This document shows positions 26,914-42,733 of a DNA stretch of 64,000 nucleotides, piece by piece; within the stretch, counting starts at the first letter, position 1, and every line of letters begins with the position of its first letter. Below the pieces are notes generated by a model. The model was not told the origin of the DNA. It ran no database searches and saw only the letters and a program-made list of their open reading frames with translations. This stretch comes from Eledone cirrhosa (taxonomy: Eukaryota): assembly GCA_964016885.1 (NCBI GenBank), contig OZ024750.1, positions 51,584,001 through 51,648,000 of the forward strand, given 5' to 3'. A program made the position numbers and the translations under genes.

Positions 26914-27575
26914 CGTTTCTGAATTTGTTTAGCAAGATTCTTTATCTGAAATCGTGTGTTGAAACCGATATTGTTATACTTTGGGAGGGTCATGTTGCCA
27001 ATAAGAAACACACGCACCAGTTGCTTCACTTCAATTTATTATATATTTATAAATTTATAAGTTTATAATTTATAAATTTCTGGTTGGTTGGTTGGTTCCA
27101 CAACCAGCTAGTTGTTTATATATAGCCATAGTTCTTTCGTCACACACTCTGTGACCTCTTCAGTGACTGGGGATTCCTTTCTTTGTTTCTGTGCCTCTCC
27201 TTTGTTCTGTCCTACGCCATTTTGTTTCTGTGTGTGTGTGTTGTGTGCTCAGTCTGCGCATGCGCCACATCCGGGTGTCTGTGTGTGTTTATGTTCATTT
27301 ATTTATTTGTTTATTTACATGTTACTGGTTGGTTGTTTGTTCTATGTGTGTGTGTGTTTTCATTTTGTCCTTAATTGTAAGTTGTGATGTTGCTGTTCCA
27401 CTCATATTTTCTATTTAATTTTGGTTGTAATTCTTTTATGTTTATTGCCTCTGTAATTTGTCTAAACATTGCGTCTTTTCTGTGTGTAGATTCTATTTTA
27501 TTTCTATGTTCTCTAATTTACCCTTGTGTTCTATTTTTGCATGTTGGTAGAGTACAGATGATTCCCAGAGTATAA
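26912..27575. repeat. unclassified dispersed repeat family (copies at about 32420-32685 inverted, 52310-52385 and 63070-63435)
   Basis: shared GTGTGTTGAAAC..ATACTTTGGGAGGGTCATG core. Confidence 0.8.
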
Positions 27576-27823
27576 CAATATATATATATATATATGTAAA
27601 AGGTAAACAGAAATAACAACACAATCGGTACAGTATATAGAAGGTATATATTAGGTTAACGCTTGATATAGCAGGAAGAGGGTATTAAGGTTTCGGTCGC
27701 TAGTCCTTCATCAGAAGAAAGAATGAGAAATAAAATAGATTGGGGGGATGGGCGGGATGGAATTGGAAAATATGTCTTTATATAAAAATAATGGATCCAT
27801 TCATGTTGACATCTCTTGCAAAA

Positions 27824-27973
<150 letters not shown>

Positions 27974-28495
27974 ATTTATGTTAGGCTGTTTACCAATGGG
28001 TAGAATCTGTGGTTCGGCTTGGTAAACGATGATGCAACAAATTAATTAAAGCACTCAACGTTATGCAAGTCATCCATCGTAGATGAGGTATCCAGAGGCT
28101 GGTGCAGGAATGGAGTAAAATATTCATTAAAACAACAACAGAAGGCTAGACTGGAAAATTTAGTTTGGAATTTAAATTCCATGAAGCACTATACATATTT
28201 CGACGGCCTAGCTGCATCATCCAATTATGATGCAAGACAAGGCGATGTCACCAGGTGGCACCTGGTGACTTCGCCTTGTCTTGTATCATGTATTTTTACC
28301 TTTTAATTTACGGTTTTGTTTATATTTGTATATGTGGAAGCACATGTATGTGTAGGCAAATATGCATATGTGCAGGTGTATGCATGTGGCAGCATATGTG
28401 CGTATGCATATGTAGATGTATATATGTCGGCATATGCGTAGGTATATGTATGTATATATGTGGCTGTGCGTATGCATGTTAGGTTGTTGTTTTTT

Positions 28496-28578
<83 letters not shown>

Positions 28579-29678
28579 ACGTGTGTAGGTAATGTTTGTG
28601 TACGTATGCGTATTTCGTATGTATGTGTGGGCATCTGTGAGAATATATATATATATATGTGTATGTATGTATATATGTGTATATATATATATATATGTAT
28701 ATACATGTGTGTGTGTGTATGTATGTGTATGTATGTGTCTATGTATATATGTGTGTGTATGAGTGTGTATATAAATATATAAATATATATAAGTCTGTGC
28801 GTATGTATGTGTGCGCGCGTATGTATGTATATATGTGTATGCTTGAGTAGGCCATGCTTATCCCACCGGATACATGGGACGAATTAAGCAGCCGTCATAA
28901 GGCTTGTGGCTGTATGTATCTACAAGTGGGTGTGACTGGGTCGGTGGAAGTGAGGGGGAGAGTGTGTGTGTATATATACATATATGTATGTATGTGGGGG
29001 TGGGGGTGTCTGCGCATGTAGGCGTACGTGTGTGTATGCATGAATCTGTCGGTGTCTGCATGTGTGTGTATATTAGTATGTGTGGGTGCTTACTCTGAAG
29101 TGTGAACAGACGTGTGAGGTGCTGAACCCAGCATGACTCCATCGAAATGTGTCGGACGGAAAATGGCTGATGACCCGTGTGGTAGTAGATACTGACCAGA
29201 ACTTGTGATGACGTGGCGTAAAAACAGCCAATGACAAGTGTGGAAGTAGGGTTTTTTTAGGGTGTTTTTTGATGATAACACCCCAGTGATAAAATTTGCT
29301 CCAAACGAAATACCCGTGTCTGAAAGAACCTGCAGCAGTAGAATCAGCCAGATCCATACAGGGACCATGTCTCGAGCTACCTGCCGGCGAAACAATTGTA
29401 ACACGCAATAAATTAAGTCCAGATGCATCACTGATTTTTCATTTTCTTTATACTATCTACACTCTACTCTGCTGAATATCGAGTGCTAATTTTGGCATAC
29501 CGCCTATGGAAGCACCATAGCTATCATTATACACAACTATATATATATATATATATACATACATACTAAATTGTTAAATAAACCCATTTTAGTATATATA
29601 TATATATATGTTATAAAATTTATCGATTGCACAAGACACTTTCATACAAGTGAAGGCTGTAAGGCTGACGTTATTTCT

Positions 29679-29679
<1 letters not shown>

Positions 29680-29769
<90 letters not shown>
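29680..29769. repeat. (AGT)n microsatellite
   Basis: direct. Confidence 0.98.
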
Positions 29770-30250
29770 TCTGTTAGAAAGCATATATTCTGTACACATA
29801 ACATACACTGGCTGTGGGGTTTGTTCGTGCCATTCTTACAAAGAAGGTTTATTTGCTGTCAGCAGTCTTTCTATAATAATCTTTTTCTTGTCTATTTCAT
29901 TTGTATATTTCTTTTTATGTCTTTATTTCCCTTTTTGTCGTTGATATTTGTCTTTGTTTATTTTGTTGCTGTTGTTGTTGTTTTGAGGAGGGGTGGGCTT
30001 GTCTTTTGGAAAGATCTTTGATCGATGTTGGAGTTGAAATTCCCCAGAATTTATAAAGCTTCTAAAGGTTTTTCTAAGCATCATCATAATATAGGTTTTA
30101 TTGTCGTGAAATCAGACAGTTTATAAAGTTTATTGAGCATTTTTTTTATTATATCGAAAATATTTTTAAAAACCTCCATAATAGAAAGAGATTGTCTTTT
30201 ATCGATCTGATGAATATTTATTTGATTTTTTTTTGTTTTGTTTTGTTTTG

Positions 30251-30281
<31 letters not shown>

Positions 30282-30690
30282 GTTGTTTTGTTTTTTGTCA
30301 GTGGCAATATTCTTCATAGAGCCAGAAAGTTGACTGAATTAGTTGTAAAAATGGTAAAATACCATCTGGTATGTATGTGTATATTGGTGGATCCGTACCT
30401 CTTGATGGAATGGCAGAGGTGCCGATATTCGGCAGGTCTTACGCCCTTTGAAGCTGGCGAGCCCACCTCTTCTCCTTAGTTTCCCCAAACAATACCAACT
30501 ATATATTTCATTCCTTATGGACTTGCAACTCATGGTAGAGTTGTTGATGTGCCGCAGTGACATACGGCGTTTTTTGGACAATTTAAACCTAGCAGAGTAC
30601 ATGCCCTCTCCAGGTCTGAACACGGCAGTCGATTTCTTTCAGAGAAGATAGATTGTGAGAGAAAGAAAGTGAAGGAGAGAGAGAGAGAGA

Positions 30691-30738
<48 letters not shown>

Positions 30739-30892
30739 GAGAGAGAGAGAGAGAGAGAGTCGACCCCTGCACTAATATTTTTTTATCGACCTCGATAGGA
30801 TGAGAGGCAAAGCTGACCTCAGCGAGATTTGAACCCAGAAAGCAGAGATCCCGAACGAAGCATTCTATCCGATGTTCTAACGGATATAATAT

Positions 30893-31297
30893 AATCACAC
30901 CGCGGACTGCATCAACGGTTAGATACCATACCCCTCTTACATCATTGCGTGCAGTTGTGATCCGTTGTGTCCACAAACCTATCCAGCATCACCTCGGCTC
31001 CCATGAGGACCTTCTCATAACAGTGACCATAAAGAAAGGATGAGACGATATGAGCCAATATCGTTGGAATATCCATCCTACAAACAAGTGTAAAGTGATA
31101 GAGAATGAGAAGCGAAGTGAGAGAGAGAGCCAAAGGAGAGGCAGACAGAGGAAAAGATGAACAAACAACATCAAGAACAGAGTTTTTAGTGCACACCAAA
31201 GATCTGGCAGGCAACCTCAACAGATGAAAAAGACTGATATAGAGTATGTTACAAGGCCGCTCCGCACCTACGATTCCACCAAGATTTGAGGCCGTAC
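30893..31297 (+). mobile_element. RTE-clade LINE 3' fragment, possible 10-bp TSD GATATAATAT
   Basis: HLGSHEDLLITV..RRGRQRKR*TNNIK; GATATAATAT at 30883-30892 and 31298-31307. Confidence 0.65.
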
Positions 31298-31581
31298 GAT
31301 ATAATATGTACAACTGTAATCAGTTGTCCGTTGTTTATTTTGATGAAGAAATACAATTCTTAGTTATCCTAGGCTAAACAGAATCATCGGAAATATTATA
31401 TAATTGGTGACTATCCCGTCAGTTTGTGGACAAAGATATCAATCTTAGCCTCGAGAGAAAGGTGTGCTTCATTTGGCTGATTTCATTTGAACATACTCCA
31501 TGTCTTTTAATAAAAATATATGTTTTTACGTATATGTGTAAGTGTGTGTGTTTGTAAGTGTGGTGTATGCGTATATGTATG

Positions 31582-31724
<143 letters not shown>

Positions 31725-32832
31725 TTAGAAAGTGAACAACACGAGATATAACTACTCCATTACCAAAGGTTTCTGGATCCCAGACAATAATAATATACGT
31801 CTGGATCGGTCGTCAGACTAAGATGCTAACAGATGATAAATAAATAAATATATACACAAGTACAATAACAACAAACACATATAAACACACACTAGTAAAC
31901 AAAGATAGAACACAAAAAACCAAAACACATACACTCAAACACCAACACACAAGCCAAACACTATACACACAGGTAAACGCATGCGCAGAGACGAAAACAA
32001 GAAGAAGAAATAAATAAATTAAATAAAAATGGTGTAGACATTACAATACAATACAATACAATACAATACAATACAATAGGAGGGAACATAATAGTACCAC
32101 TGTTGATGCTGCAGATGTGCAACGAAAGAACTTTGATAGACTATATACATATATTTATATCTGTATTTTTAACCGTTGGTCAATCAATGATAAACATTGA
32201 TTACCAATAAATTAACTATGGAGATATAAAAGATACAGAAGCGAAAACCAATCAAACAGTGAGTGTGGTCTGTTATTATTTCTGGCAATATTATTACAAC
32301 AATATGACCCTCCCCAAGTATAACAATATAAATATATATATATATATATATATATGTGAGGGGGTCTGGGGGGGTCTGGGGGGGGGTCTGTATGTCTGTG
32401 TGTCTGTGTGTGTATGTATATATATATGTCTCTACTTTGTTCTGTCCTACACCATCTTGTAGGACAGAACAAAGGACAGACATAAAATAAAAACCCGGTT
32501 ACTGAGAAGGTTACAGAATGTGTGACGAAAGAGCTGTGACAATATATAAACAACCATCTGGTTATTGAACCAACCAACCAGCCGCAAATTTATAATAAAT
32601 TGAAGTGAAAACAACAGGTGCGTGTGTTTTATTGGCAACATGACCCTCCCAAAGTATAACAATATCTGTTTCAACACACGTTTTCATATATATATGTGTG
32701 TGTGTGTGTGTACTTTGTGTTTTGGTTGACGTCGTTTGGTGAACATATGTGTATTTGTCTGTAGGTATCTGTGTGCGTGCGCTATATATGTATTTATGTG
32801 TTTATATTTATATACGTTCATATAATTATCTG

Positions 32833-32977
<145 letters not shown>

Positions 32978-33133
32978 CTAAGGAAATGTGGTAAGGAACC
33001 AGGTGGACCTTAACTCACCAAAGTACTCAATACTTAGGGTAGTAGAGTGGGTAAATTCTTTCTTTTTTTTTTAGTCCAGAATTAGAATTGCCGTCGAAAC
33101 GGCTTGAGCTCAGCCGTCGCGGTCCTACTCGTT

Positions 33134-33241
<108 letters not shown>

Positions 33242-33360
33242 TAACAGATTAAAGTTTAAGCAAAGAATCGGTGCTTTCACCCTTAACGGGATCTTCTGAG
33301 ACTCAGAAGATCCCGTTAAGGGTGAAAGCACCGATTCTTTGCTTAAACTTTAATCTGTTA
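33242..33360. repeat. perfect 59-bp-arm palindrome with 1-nt spacer
   Basis: 33242-33300 is the reverse complement of 33302-33360; contains the hammerhead-like CAGAAGA-t-ccc-gttaa-ggg-t-GAAA. Confidence 0.95.
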
Positions 33361-33429
33361 CTTTAATAAATATTTGCTCTTGGGTTATTATATATTTGAT
33401 ATATATTTATCCTTAACGAGCCCTCTTTG

Positions 33430-33682
33430 GATTTTAGTCTTCACAGGGAGTGGTCACGGAGCGTCTGGCTGGCTGCCATAATCTGCGTCTGCCAAATGAA
33501 CGGCATTCGAGAACAGCGATGAACTGGAGGCGGGGTTGCCCAAGGATGACTTGGCGACGAACGTTCTGGAAGGACCTGATGGCAGTCAACATCACCTGGC
33601 ACAGTCTTTCAAAAGTTGCCGCTGATCGTGACCGTTGGCGAATACCTACTGCTCGATGCGCCGAACGACGCGGAAGAATCTA

Positions 33683-33683
<1 letters not shown>
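33430..33683 (+). mobile_element. RTE LINE 3' end
   Basis: LRLPNERHSRTAMNW..RGCPRMTWRRTF..AADRDRWR..RRGRI*. Confidence 0.85.
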
Positions 33684-33744
<61 letters not shown>

Positions 33745-33912
33745 AATGAGGTATCCTCTTGATAAGTCGGCAGACCTCGCAAAGGCTCTATATCTTTATG
33801 ATGTACTGTTTTTGTTTATGCCACGAAACTACGTAGTCGAGGAATCTAGGAGCAGTTTAGGTATGATACATTTTATTACTAATTATATCTAAATGTTCCT
33901 TCTCTCTTCATA

Positions 33913-34083
<171 letters not shown>

Positions 34084-34127
34084 TATATGTATATACATAT
34101 ATATATGTATATACATACATATATATA

Positions 34128-34770
34128 TAAAGGACTTAAACATCAGCTTCTCCACGCACTGGGAGATTGTCGGCAGGGCTGCACCGTACAACTTCAAGAG
34201 GAAATGCGATCTTTGCCTCATGGAGCTCTATATAACTGCATAACTGCACATCATAACTGCACCCCACGAGCTCATCAACAGCAGAGCTGAAACAGCGATA
34301 AGTTGTACACATCGCTTAAAAATATCCTTCTTTAGATGGGTTAAGAATGAAGAGTGAAATAGTACACTGGATCTCCCTGCAACAAGTCTTAACACCCCGG
34401 CGGGCAGGCGCAGCAAAATAACACCCAGAAAACAATCCTTGCATACCAGACCCAGCCTCAGACAAACGGATGCGGCAAAAAAAAAAAAAATAAATATCCA
34501 GGAAAGACTGCCCTAACACCGGCCAGAGTTACCTCCCTTGACCTGCTGCAAAATCAAAACAAGATATTTTTGCGAGCAATGAATCTTGATGTAGATTTAA
34601 CCCCCAAAACTCTTTCCGAACTATATAAGGAACACTTGTGATTATTTATGCCCTTGAGAAGCCCAACTGGGCGAAACGTACGTAGGTGATATTTTAAATA
34701 AACATGTTTTAACGGTCTATTCTCCGATTTTTTACTTTCCCACGTGCTTACGCTCTGCTAACTCTCTAGC
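34128..34770 (+). mobile_element. Penelope-like GIY-YIG C-terminal remnant plus tail with hammerhead-like motif (34651-34688)
   Basis: [43 protein letters not shown]; tail ccc-TTGAGAA-gccc-aact-gggc-GAAA-cgtacg-TA-gg. Confidence 0.8.
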
Positions 34771-34904
34771 CCACTAAATATTAACACTTCGAATATTTAA
34801 TACTGCCGGCACTAGTATCGAGCACCTTTGGCATACGCTACTTGGCAAATAACTATATGTATCACCTATCCCTCCTTTTTCTCTCTTTCTCGATACGTAA
34901 ATAC

Positions 34905-34953
<49 letters not shown>

Positions 34954-35239
34954 CCAAATATTCGAGGTCCGTGGGTAATGTGGTGGCTGAACCCACACCT
35001 TGTGGCTGGTGAAATAGACCAGTCACAAGGTGTGGGTTCGAAATACAAGGATTGCTGTGTAAACGTGAAAATCAGGATACAAAAAGTATCATTAGTTTCA
35101 TGCTTTATGTGAAAAAAGGGAAAGAAAGTTTGACGTGTCTGGCTTAAGTCCTTCTTCGGGAGTAGAAAAAATAAAGACATGATCACAAAGAATAGATACA
35201 GAAAATAAAATGTAATCTGTAGTAAATAAAAAAAACGTA

Positions 35240-35605
35240 AATAATTGTTTCTACTTTAGGCACAAGGCCAGCAATTACTCAGTGCATTACTGGTACTTTA
35301 TTTTATCTACCCCCGTAAGGATGAAAGGCAAAGTCAACCTCGGCGGGATTTGAACTCAGATCGTAAAGGGACGTAACTATGCTGGAAAGCATGGCGTCCG
35401 ACCCTCTACCGATACTGCCAATCCACCGCTGATTTTATGCACAAGGCCAACAATTTTGGGGTAGGGGAAAGTCGATTAAATCGACTCCAGTGTGTTTCTG
35501 GTACTTTATATTATCGACCCCGTAAGGAAGAAAGGCAAAGTTGACCTCGACAGGATTTGAACTCAAAACGTAAAGAGCCGTAACTCTAAGCCGCGAAGCA
35601 TAATG
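35240..35605 (-). mobile_element. two tandem tRNA-derived SINE copies
   Basis: each has a B-box GAGTTCAAATCC on the minus strand and the family core. Confidence 0.85.
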
Positions 35606-35667
35606 AGAGTAGCCAAAACAAACCATTAGGTAGTTTTATTAAAGATTTTGGAACGGTCTCGATATCA

Positions 35668-35925
35668 TGTGTGAATGTATGTGTATGTTTAAACGTGTGT
35701 GAATGTATGTGAATGTTTAAACGTGTGTGAATGTATGTGAATGTTTAAACGTGTGTGAATGTATGTGTATGTTCAAACGTGTGTGAATGTATGTGTATGT
35801 TTAAACGTGTGTGAATGTATGTGAATGTTTAAACGTGTGTGAATGTATGTGTATGTTTAAACGTGTGTGAATGTATGTATATGTTTAAACGTGTGTGAAT
35901 GTATGTGTATGTTTAAACAGGTGTG
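35668..35925. repeat. 26-bp minisatellite (GTGTGTGAATGTATGTGTATGTTTAAAC-like, unit length approximate)
   Basis: roughly 9-10 tandem units. Confidence 0.9.
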
Positions 35926-36299
35926 TTTTTAAGTTTATTATGTAAATTATCAATGTTTGTGTGTGTTATGTGTATATCTGTGTGGTGTGTAGTTGTGGAC
36001 TTCTATGTGTCAGTGGATGTAAGTTTGAAAGTGTGTACTGTAAATGTGCGCTGAAGTTTATTTTGTGTGTGTAAAGTATCTGGCAGTGTTAACGTATGTC
36101 CGTGAGATGTGTGGATTTGTATGTGTGAGTGTATGACTAAATTTTAATGTGTGTATGTATGTTGAAGTTTATATTGTGTACGTGTAAAGTATCTAACTGC
36201 GATATGTATGTAAGGGTGTGTGTATGGTTTTAACGAGTTGGTGACATAAGATAGAGGAAGTATGTTGAGTGTGTGTTAGAGAGTATATTGCAAAGCAGA

Positions 36300-36670
36300 T
36301 TCTAGAAATATGGGTGGGGCATTAAGGTGAGGGGGATGAAAGGTTTGTAACAAAAATATAAATAGCTGTTCTCTACGCCAGCACGAGTCAGTGTGGAGTG
36401 GCCGGCGGATCGAAGATGTCGAGAGGTTGGTGTCGGGTTGCCAACCCGGATATCCCGAAAGTGTTCAGAAAATCTGTCGGCCAGGCGACGGCCAGGCGAC
36501 GGCCAGTTTGACTAAGGTAGATAGCTCCACACAGAGTACAACGGAACCCATAGACAAGGCTGGTGGAGGAGCAGCTGAAGGAGTCCCTAACCCGGAAGGA
36601 CCGGCCATTGCGACGGAGAAAGGTGGTGGTGTTGGTGATAAAACTGCATCTATGGCAGCGGGGTCGGGAA
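36300..36670 (-). mobile_element. Penelope-like GIY-YIG endonuclease remnant
   Basis: DSFSCSSTSLVYGFRCTLCGAIYLSQTGRRL..DRFSEHFRDI..RHLRSAGH..REQLFIFLLQTFHPPHLN on the minus strand. Confidence 0.8.
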
Positions 36671-36841
36671 CATATGTGTGCGTATGTGTATATATATATA
36701 TATATATAATTATAAAAAATAAAAAATAAATAAAGAGGCCTTCAATACATCAAAAGTCTTTATTAGCCAACAATATTTCGTCCCATTAATAAGGACTCAT
36801 CAGGGCAAGCAAAGAGACATATATATATATATATATATATA

Positions 36842-37775
36842 GGTCCAAAAAAATTCCCGAGATCCATGGACGAGTTCTCTCCAGGGGTCTCTGTCCTTCA
36901 TTATCGCCGCCATATCCCGCGTTTCCCAGACCAGTGTCTGTCCTTAGAGCATCAATATATGTCAACCTCGGTCTCCCTCTTCCAGTGTGTCCGTGTAGGG
37001 GTTTCCACAGGACCACTGAGTGCAGTGTCAACTCTGAATGTCTGTGAACATTTCCAGCTAACCTCAGTCTCATCTGTGTCACTTTCAAACTGACTTTTGG
37101 GAGGTTCCCGTACAGTTCTGAGTTCTTCATCCTCAGTGCATGCTGATTAATGTTCAGAACCATCCTCAGCATTTTCGTGTAGCACCCATCCACCATCTGA
37201 GTGAATCTCTTGGTTAGTGTCCAAGTCTCAGACCCGTACAGCAGCACAGGCTCCACTGTAGTGACGAAGAGACGGATCTTCTGGTCTTTACGAAGATCCG
37301 ACTTCAAATTGTGAAACGCCACCCAGGCTTTTCTCTTCCTCTCAACCACATCATCCTCTGTGTTTCCAATCTTTGATACAGGAAGTCCTCAACCAATTCT
37401 AGCGGCTTCCCGTCTATATTTATAATCTTCACTGGCTCCTTGATATTCTCTACCAAATACTTCGTCTTACTTTCATCCATTCTCAGCCCCACACTTATCG
37501 ACATAATCTCCATCCCTCGCATCAACTCCTCTGCCTCTTTCACTGTGTTTGTCACCAGATGTCGTCAACAAATGCAGCATCTGATATTTTTTGTAGTCTT
37601 AACTCTCCTGCTCTGAACCGGTACTACAGTGAAGCCCTTGTCCTGGTATATCTCCAGTGCTACGCGCATACAATAGTCCACTGTGGTGGTGAAAATGTAG
37701 GGAGCCAATGTATCGCCCCGGAGCACTCCTACTTCTCTGAATTGAAACATCACAGCTCCGATACTATGGGCATGT
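36842..37775 (-). mobile_element. RTE LINE 3' portion with partial RT (pseudogene)
   Basis: [44 protein letters not shown]. Confidence 0.92.
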
Positions 37776-38091
37776 AGTTAGAATGTCTCAGGACAGATTT
37801 GACGGGCAAAACCAACCGACAGAAGACCCATAGCTTGACTATGAGCAAGTTGGTTGGATAACATCCATGAGATCGGCTTGTCTCGCTTGGGGATTCAGCC
37901 GGATCAGGTGGAGACGGTTGCGTTTGACTGGACCGTCTGGAAGGAGAGTTTTAGGACTCTTCCCCACGACCCTCTCGGGAATAAGTGAGCGAAGAAGAAG
38001 AAAATGTTATATATATAATGTCTGTGTATATATGTGGGGTTTATGTGTGAGTTTGCGTGGGTGTGTGTATATATGTATGTCTATATATATA

Positions 38092-38944
38092 CTAGCTGCA
38101 GTACCCGGTAATACCCGAGAAAAGTGGAGTTATTCGCAGTTCCCAGAGTGCGCCTGAAAATACTAGCAGCCCTGGGTGCCCATACTGGATTTTCAATAGC
38201 AACCTTTGCTATGTGTGTTTATGGCAGATCAATTTTTTGAGTGGAACTATCAATAGTTGTTTAAGTCATAAGTCTTTCTTCCATCCAGCTTACTTAATTC
38301 AGAGTGAATAAGCCGGTGAAGTTTGAGCTCGAAGAGTTTCAAACTTATACAACAAACTTATGTATATGAATAGCAAACTTACTGCCTTAGCACTCAAGAA
38401 AAAACACTAAACAATTGAGGAAGTCATCGCAACTATTGAAGAAATTATAACCAAGTGAACATATTCAGGTACTGTCCAAGCACCGTTTCTAAAGCCCTTC
38501 GAATGACTGAAGCAATTCAATAAAAGCATCCTGTTTTCCGCCTATAGTAAACATAACCCGAGAAAACACACCATAATAAGTTGGATAAACAATCAGAAGA
38601 GTTGGCCCTAAAGAGGGCCTTGTAACGTTCACTGTTGCAAAGTGTCAATAATGGGGGAGAAGTTACATCTTAATTCGTGTTAATCTTCCCACGATCCAAC
38701 ACCTCGAAATATCGACAAAATAAACTCTACTCTCAAAGACGGCATGTTACAATTAATATGCTGGGAGTACGAATATTCGTCAACATACGATTTGGGTTTT
38801 ATTTTTCGAATTAATCTCATGGTAAGCCAACGTCTAGGTCATTGATCATCACACTTTGTAGTAACTTATCACGGATTACTGCAGTTGACCTTAATGTGGC
38901 CTAAGGTGTGCACGTGTTCAGAATCAATATCAGTGGATATGATA

Positions 38945-38985
<41 letters not shown>

Positions 38986-39369
38986 GACATCTATTCAGTC
39001 GTCAACCAAAATTAGATTGTCGTCTACTTTGTTTGAAATTTCTTTATGTATATTTCTAATAAATTATTGCCTCGTTTTGGAGGACTGAGTTGTGGGAGGA
39101 GGAATGGGAGTAGGGGGAGGGAGGGTTTAACATACAGTAGTAGTATCTCCTCTTCCCCCTCTCTCACTGAAACGTCTTCCCTTCCCCCTCCATTGTAAAG
39201 ATATACCCAGGGGTTCCAGCATTGATTTTTATTGAAATCCAATTAGCCAGTCCTGTTTCTGAATATTAGCTTAAGATCTGTGTAAAGTTTCATCAGGATC
39301 GGATCACTGGTGTAGGCGCCAACTGGTTATACACAGATACAGAGACAGACAGAAATTACCATTTATATA

Positions 39370-39372
<3 letters not shown>
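38092..39372 (-). mobile_element. non-autonomous Helitron-like element
   Basis: minus strand reads A|TCCTATATAAATG ... CGGGTATTACCG hairpin, CTAG|T. Confidence 0.7.
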
Positions 39373-39458
<86 letters not shown>

Positions 39459-39699
39459 ATTCTAGGTATGCTTCTAAAAGGTGTGGTTGTCATGGCAGGA
39501 ATGACTGATGATTGAGCTCATTGATCTGGGTTAATCCAGGCTTCAACAACAACAACAATAAATTCTCTCTCTAAAACTAGTTTTGTGTCATTTTAGGTTT
39601 TAGTAAAACTATAAGGAGATTGTTCACATCCAACATGGCTTTCATGACTTCGAGAAAATCGCAACAAAATAAGTTTGGGAATCGCTCAACTGCTTAACT

Positions 39700-39767
<68 letters not shown>

Positions 39768-40097
39768 ATATATATATATATATGTCTCTCTCTATATATA
39801 TATCTATCTATCTATCTATCTATCTCACTCTCTCTCTTTCCATTTCTCACAAGCTTTCTTTTCCCCTCTTTTATGAACACACGTTCGATTAGCAATTTTA
39901 CTAATAAATTGGTGATTCTGTTTGAACTTTTCTATAGTTAAATCTGGCACATAATAACTTCAGCTTATCTGCAGTTTACAAAGCGTTAATATATTAAGCG
40001 AAAGACACATTTCTCCGATCGCCTCGATTGACAAAGTAAGTTAGTTCAGCAAATTATTGCAGGTTTTCAGTTCATCGATTCAGAATGTGCCGGTGGG

Positions 40098-40226
40098 GAA
40101 GAAGAAGAAGAAGAAGAAGAAGAAGAAGAAGAAGAAGAAGAAGAAGAAGAAGAAGAAGAAGAAGAAGAAGAAGAAGAAGAAGAAGAAGAAGAAGAAGAAG
40201 AAGAAGAAGAAGAAGAAGAAGAAGAA
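40098..40226. repeat. (GAA)n microsatellite
   Basis: direct. Confidence 0.98.
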
Positions 40227-40431
40227 TTCCATGCCAGTGACTAGCGAAGTTAAACATTCTTTCATACCGTTCTTGATGCCGCTTGTGGCATAAATAAAGG
40301 GGAATACAAAAGAATATCGGAATTATGTCACGGACTTACTGGATTTGCCGGGAGCCAGTACAACCATCCCTTTTACTCAATTGTATTGATTTATTGCATG
40401 TGTGGTGTGGGTCCTCTATAAACACACACAT

Positions 40432-40509
<78 letters not shown>

Positions 40510-41054
40510 AAAGACCGATACTTTTCGAAAAGCCGGCAGAATTCGGGAGAAAAATACAAATGGCAAATGATGAGAAATAAAAGAGAACAAAATAATTATG
40601 TTCAGTATGTTTCAACAAGATATTTCGGGGCTATAACCCTCTTGACAAAAATGGTGCTGAAACAGTTCAAAACAAAACGTATGATGTTGGAGGCAAAATA
40701 CAATATTGATAATAGAATATACATAATTTTGGCTAAGTTTCAGAAAGCCGGTACAATGTGGTAGAAATATATAAAGGGCAAAGGAAAAGAATGGCAAATA
40801 AAATAAAACAAAATGGTGCTTTACCCAGTATATTTCAACATGATTCTTTATTTTAACTACCCCATAAGGATGACAGGGCAAAGCTAACCTCGGCGGAATT
40901 TGAACTCAAAACGTAAACGGACGTAACTATATGGCGCAAATCATGTCCAAATAAGCCCCAATAATGCCACAAAATTCGTCCCAGTTGCAAAACTCCGTGG
41001 AGATATTAACAATTATTTGCGACATTTGCGACTTCCATCGCCAATATATATATA

Positions 41055-41943
<889 letters not shown>

Positions 41944-42413
41944 TATATAACTTGTCTGATATAACACGTTGCACTCTGAAACATTACTACTGCTCTTTCA
42001 CTTAAACACGAATGCTTTTTGAAAGCAATAATCGACAGCACAGAAGTCTCTCTTACGACAAAACTATGACTGAAACTTACACTTAGCTCACATTACACAG
42101 TAATGGCCGTTCTTACTAAATCTCACACTCACATTATACAGTAATGGCCGTTCTTACTAAATGAAATGTTGACAATCTGATTCCATAACCAGAATGGATT
42201 GAATAAAAAACCAAAATTTCAGAAGTTTATCCAGACATTCTGCAATGTACGTGTGTCTGGGGGGGGGGGGGGGTTAGTGAGTGTGTGTCGGTGTGTGTGT
42301 ACATACGTATGCATGCATGTATGTATTTATGCGTGTGTATATATAGGCATATATGTGATATTTATAGATAGATAAAAGCACAGATTATTAGGTAGAAAGA
42401 AAAATAGATAGAT

Positions 42414-42467
<54 letters not shown>

Positions 42468-42733
42468 ATAGAGAGATAGATAGAGAGATAGAGAGATAGA
42501 TTTCTTTATTTGCCACAAGGGCGCACAAGAAAAGGGGACAATATAAAGACATGCCGGGGATTTTACATACAGTCGTGTAAAAAATATAAAACAAACAATT
42601 ATAATAATCGAAATCCCCAATAGGGGGGAAGCGCCACAAATGGGTTGTTTAATACCCCGTCGATAGAACAACCCTCAACTTCAGGAGCGTGTTGTGCAAG
42701 TGCTGCTTTCTTCCTTTTGCTCTCTCCTTTAAC

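Noticed and set aside
29073-29431. Minus-strand ORFs of about 112 aa
   Set aside because: No convincing motif; possibly a very old Penelope remnant, but I cannot support that.
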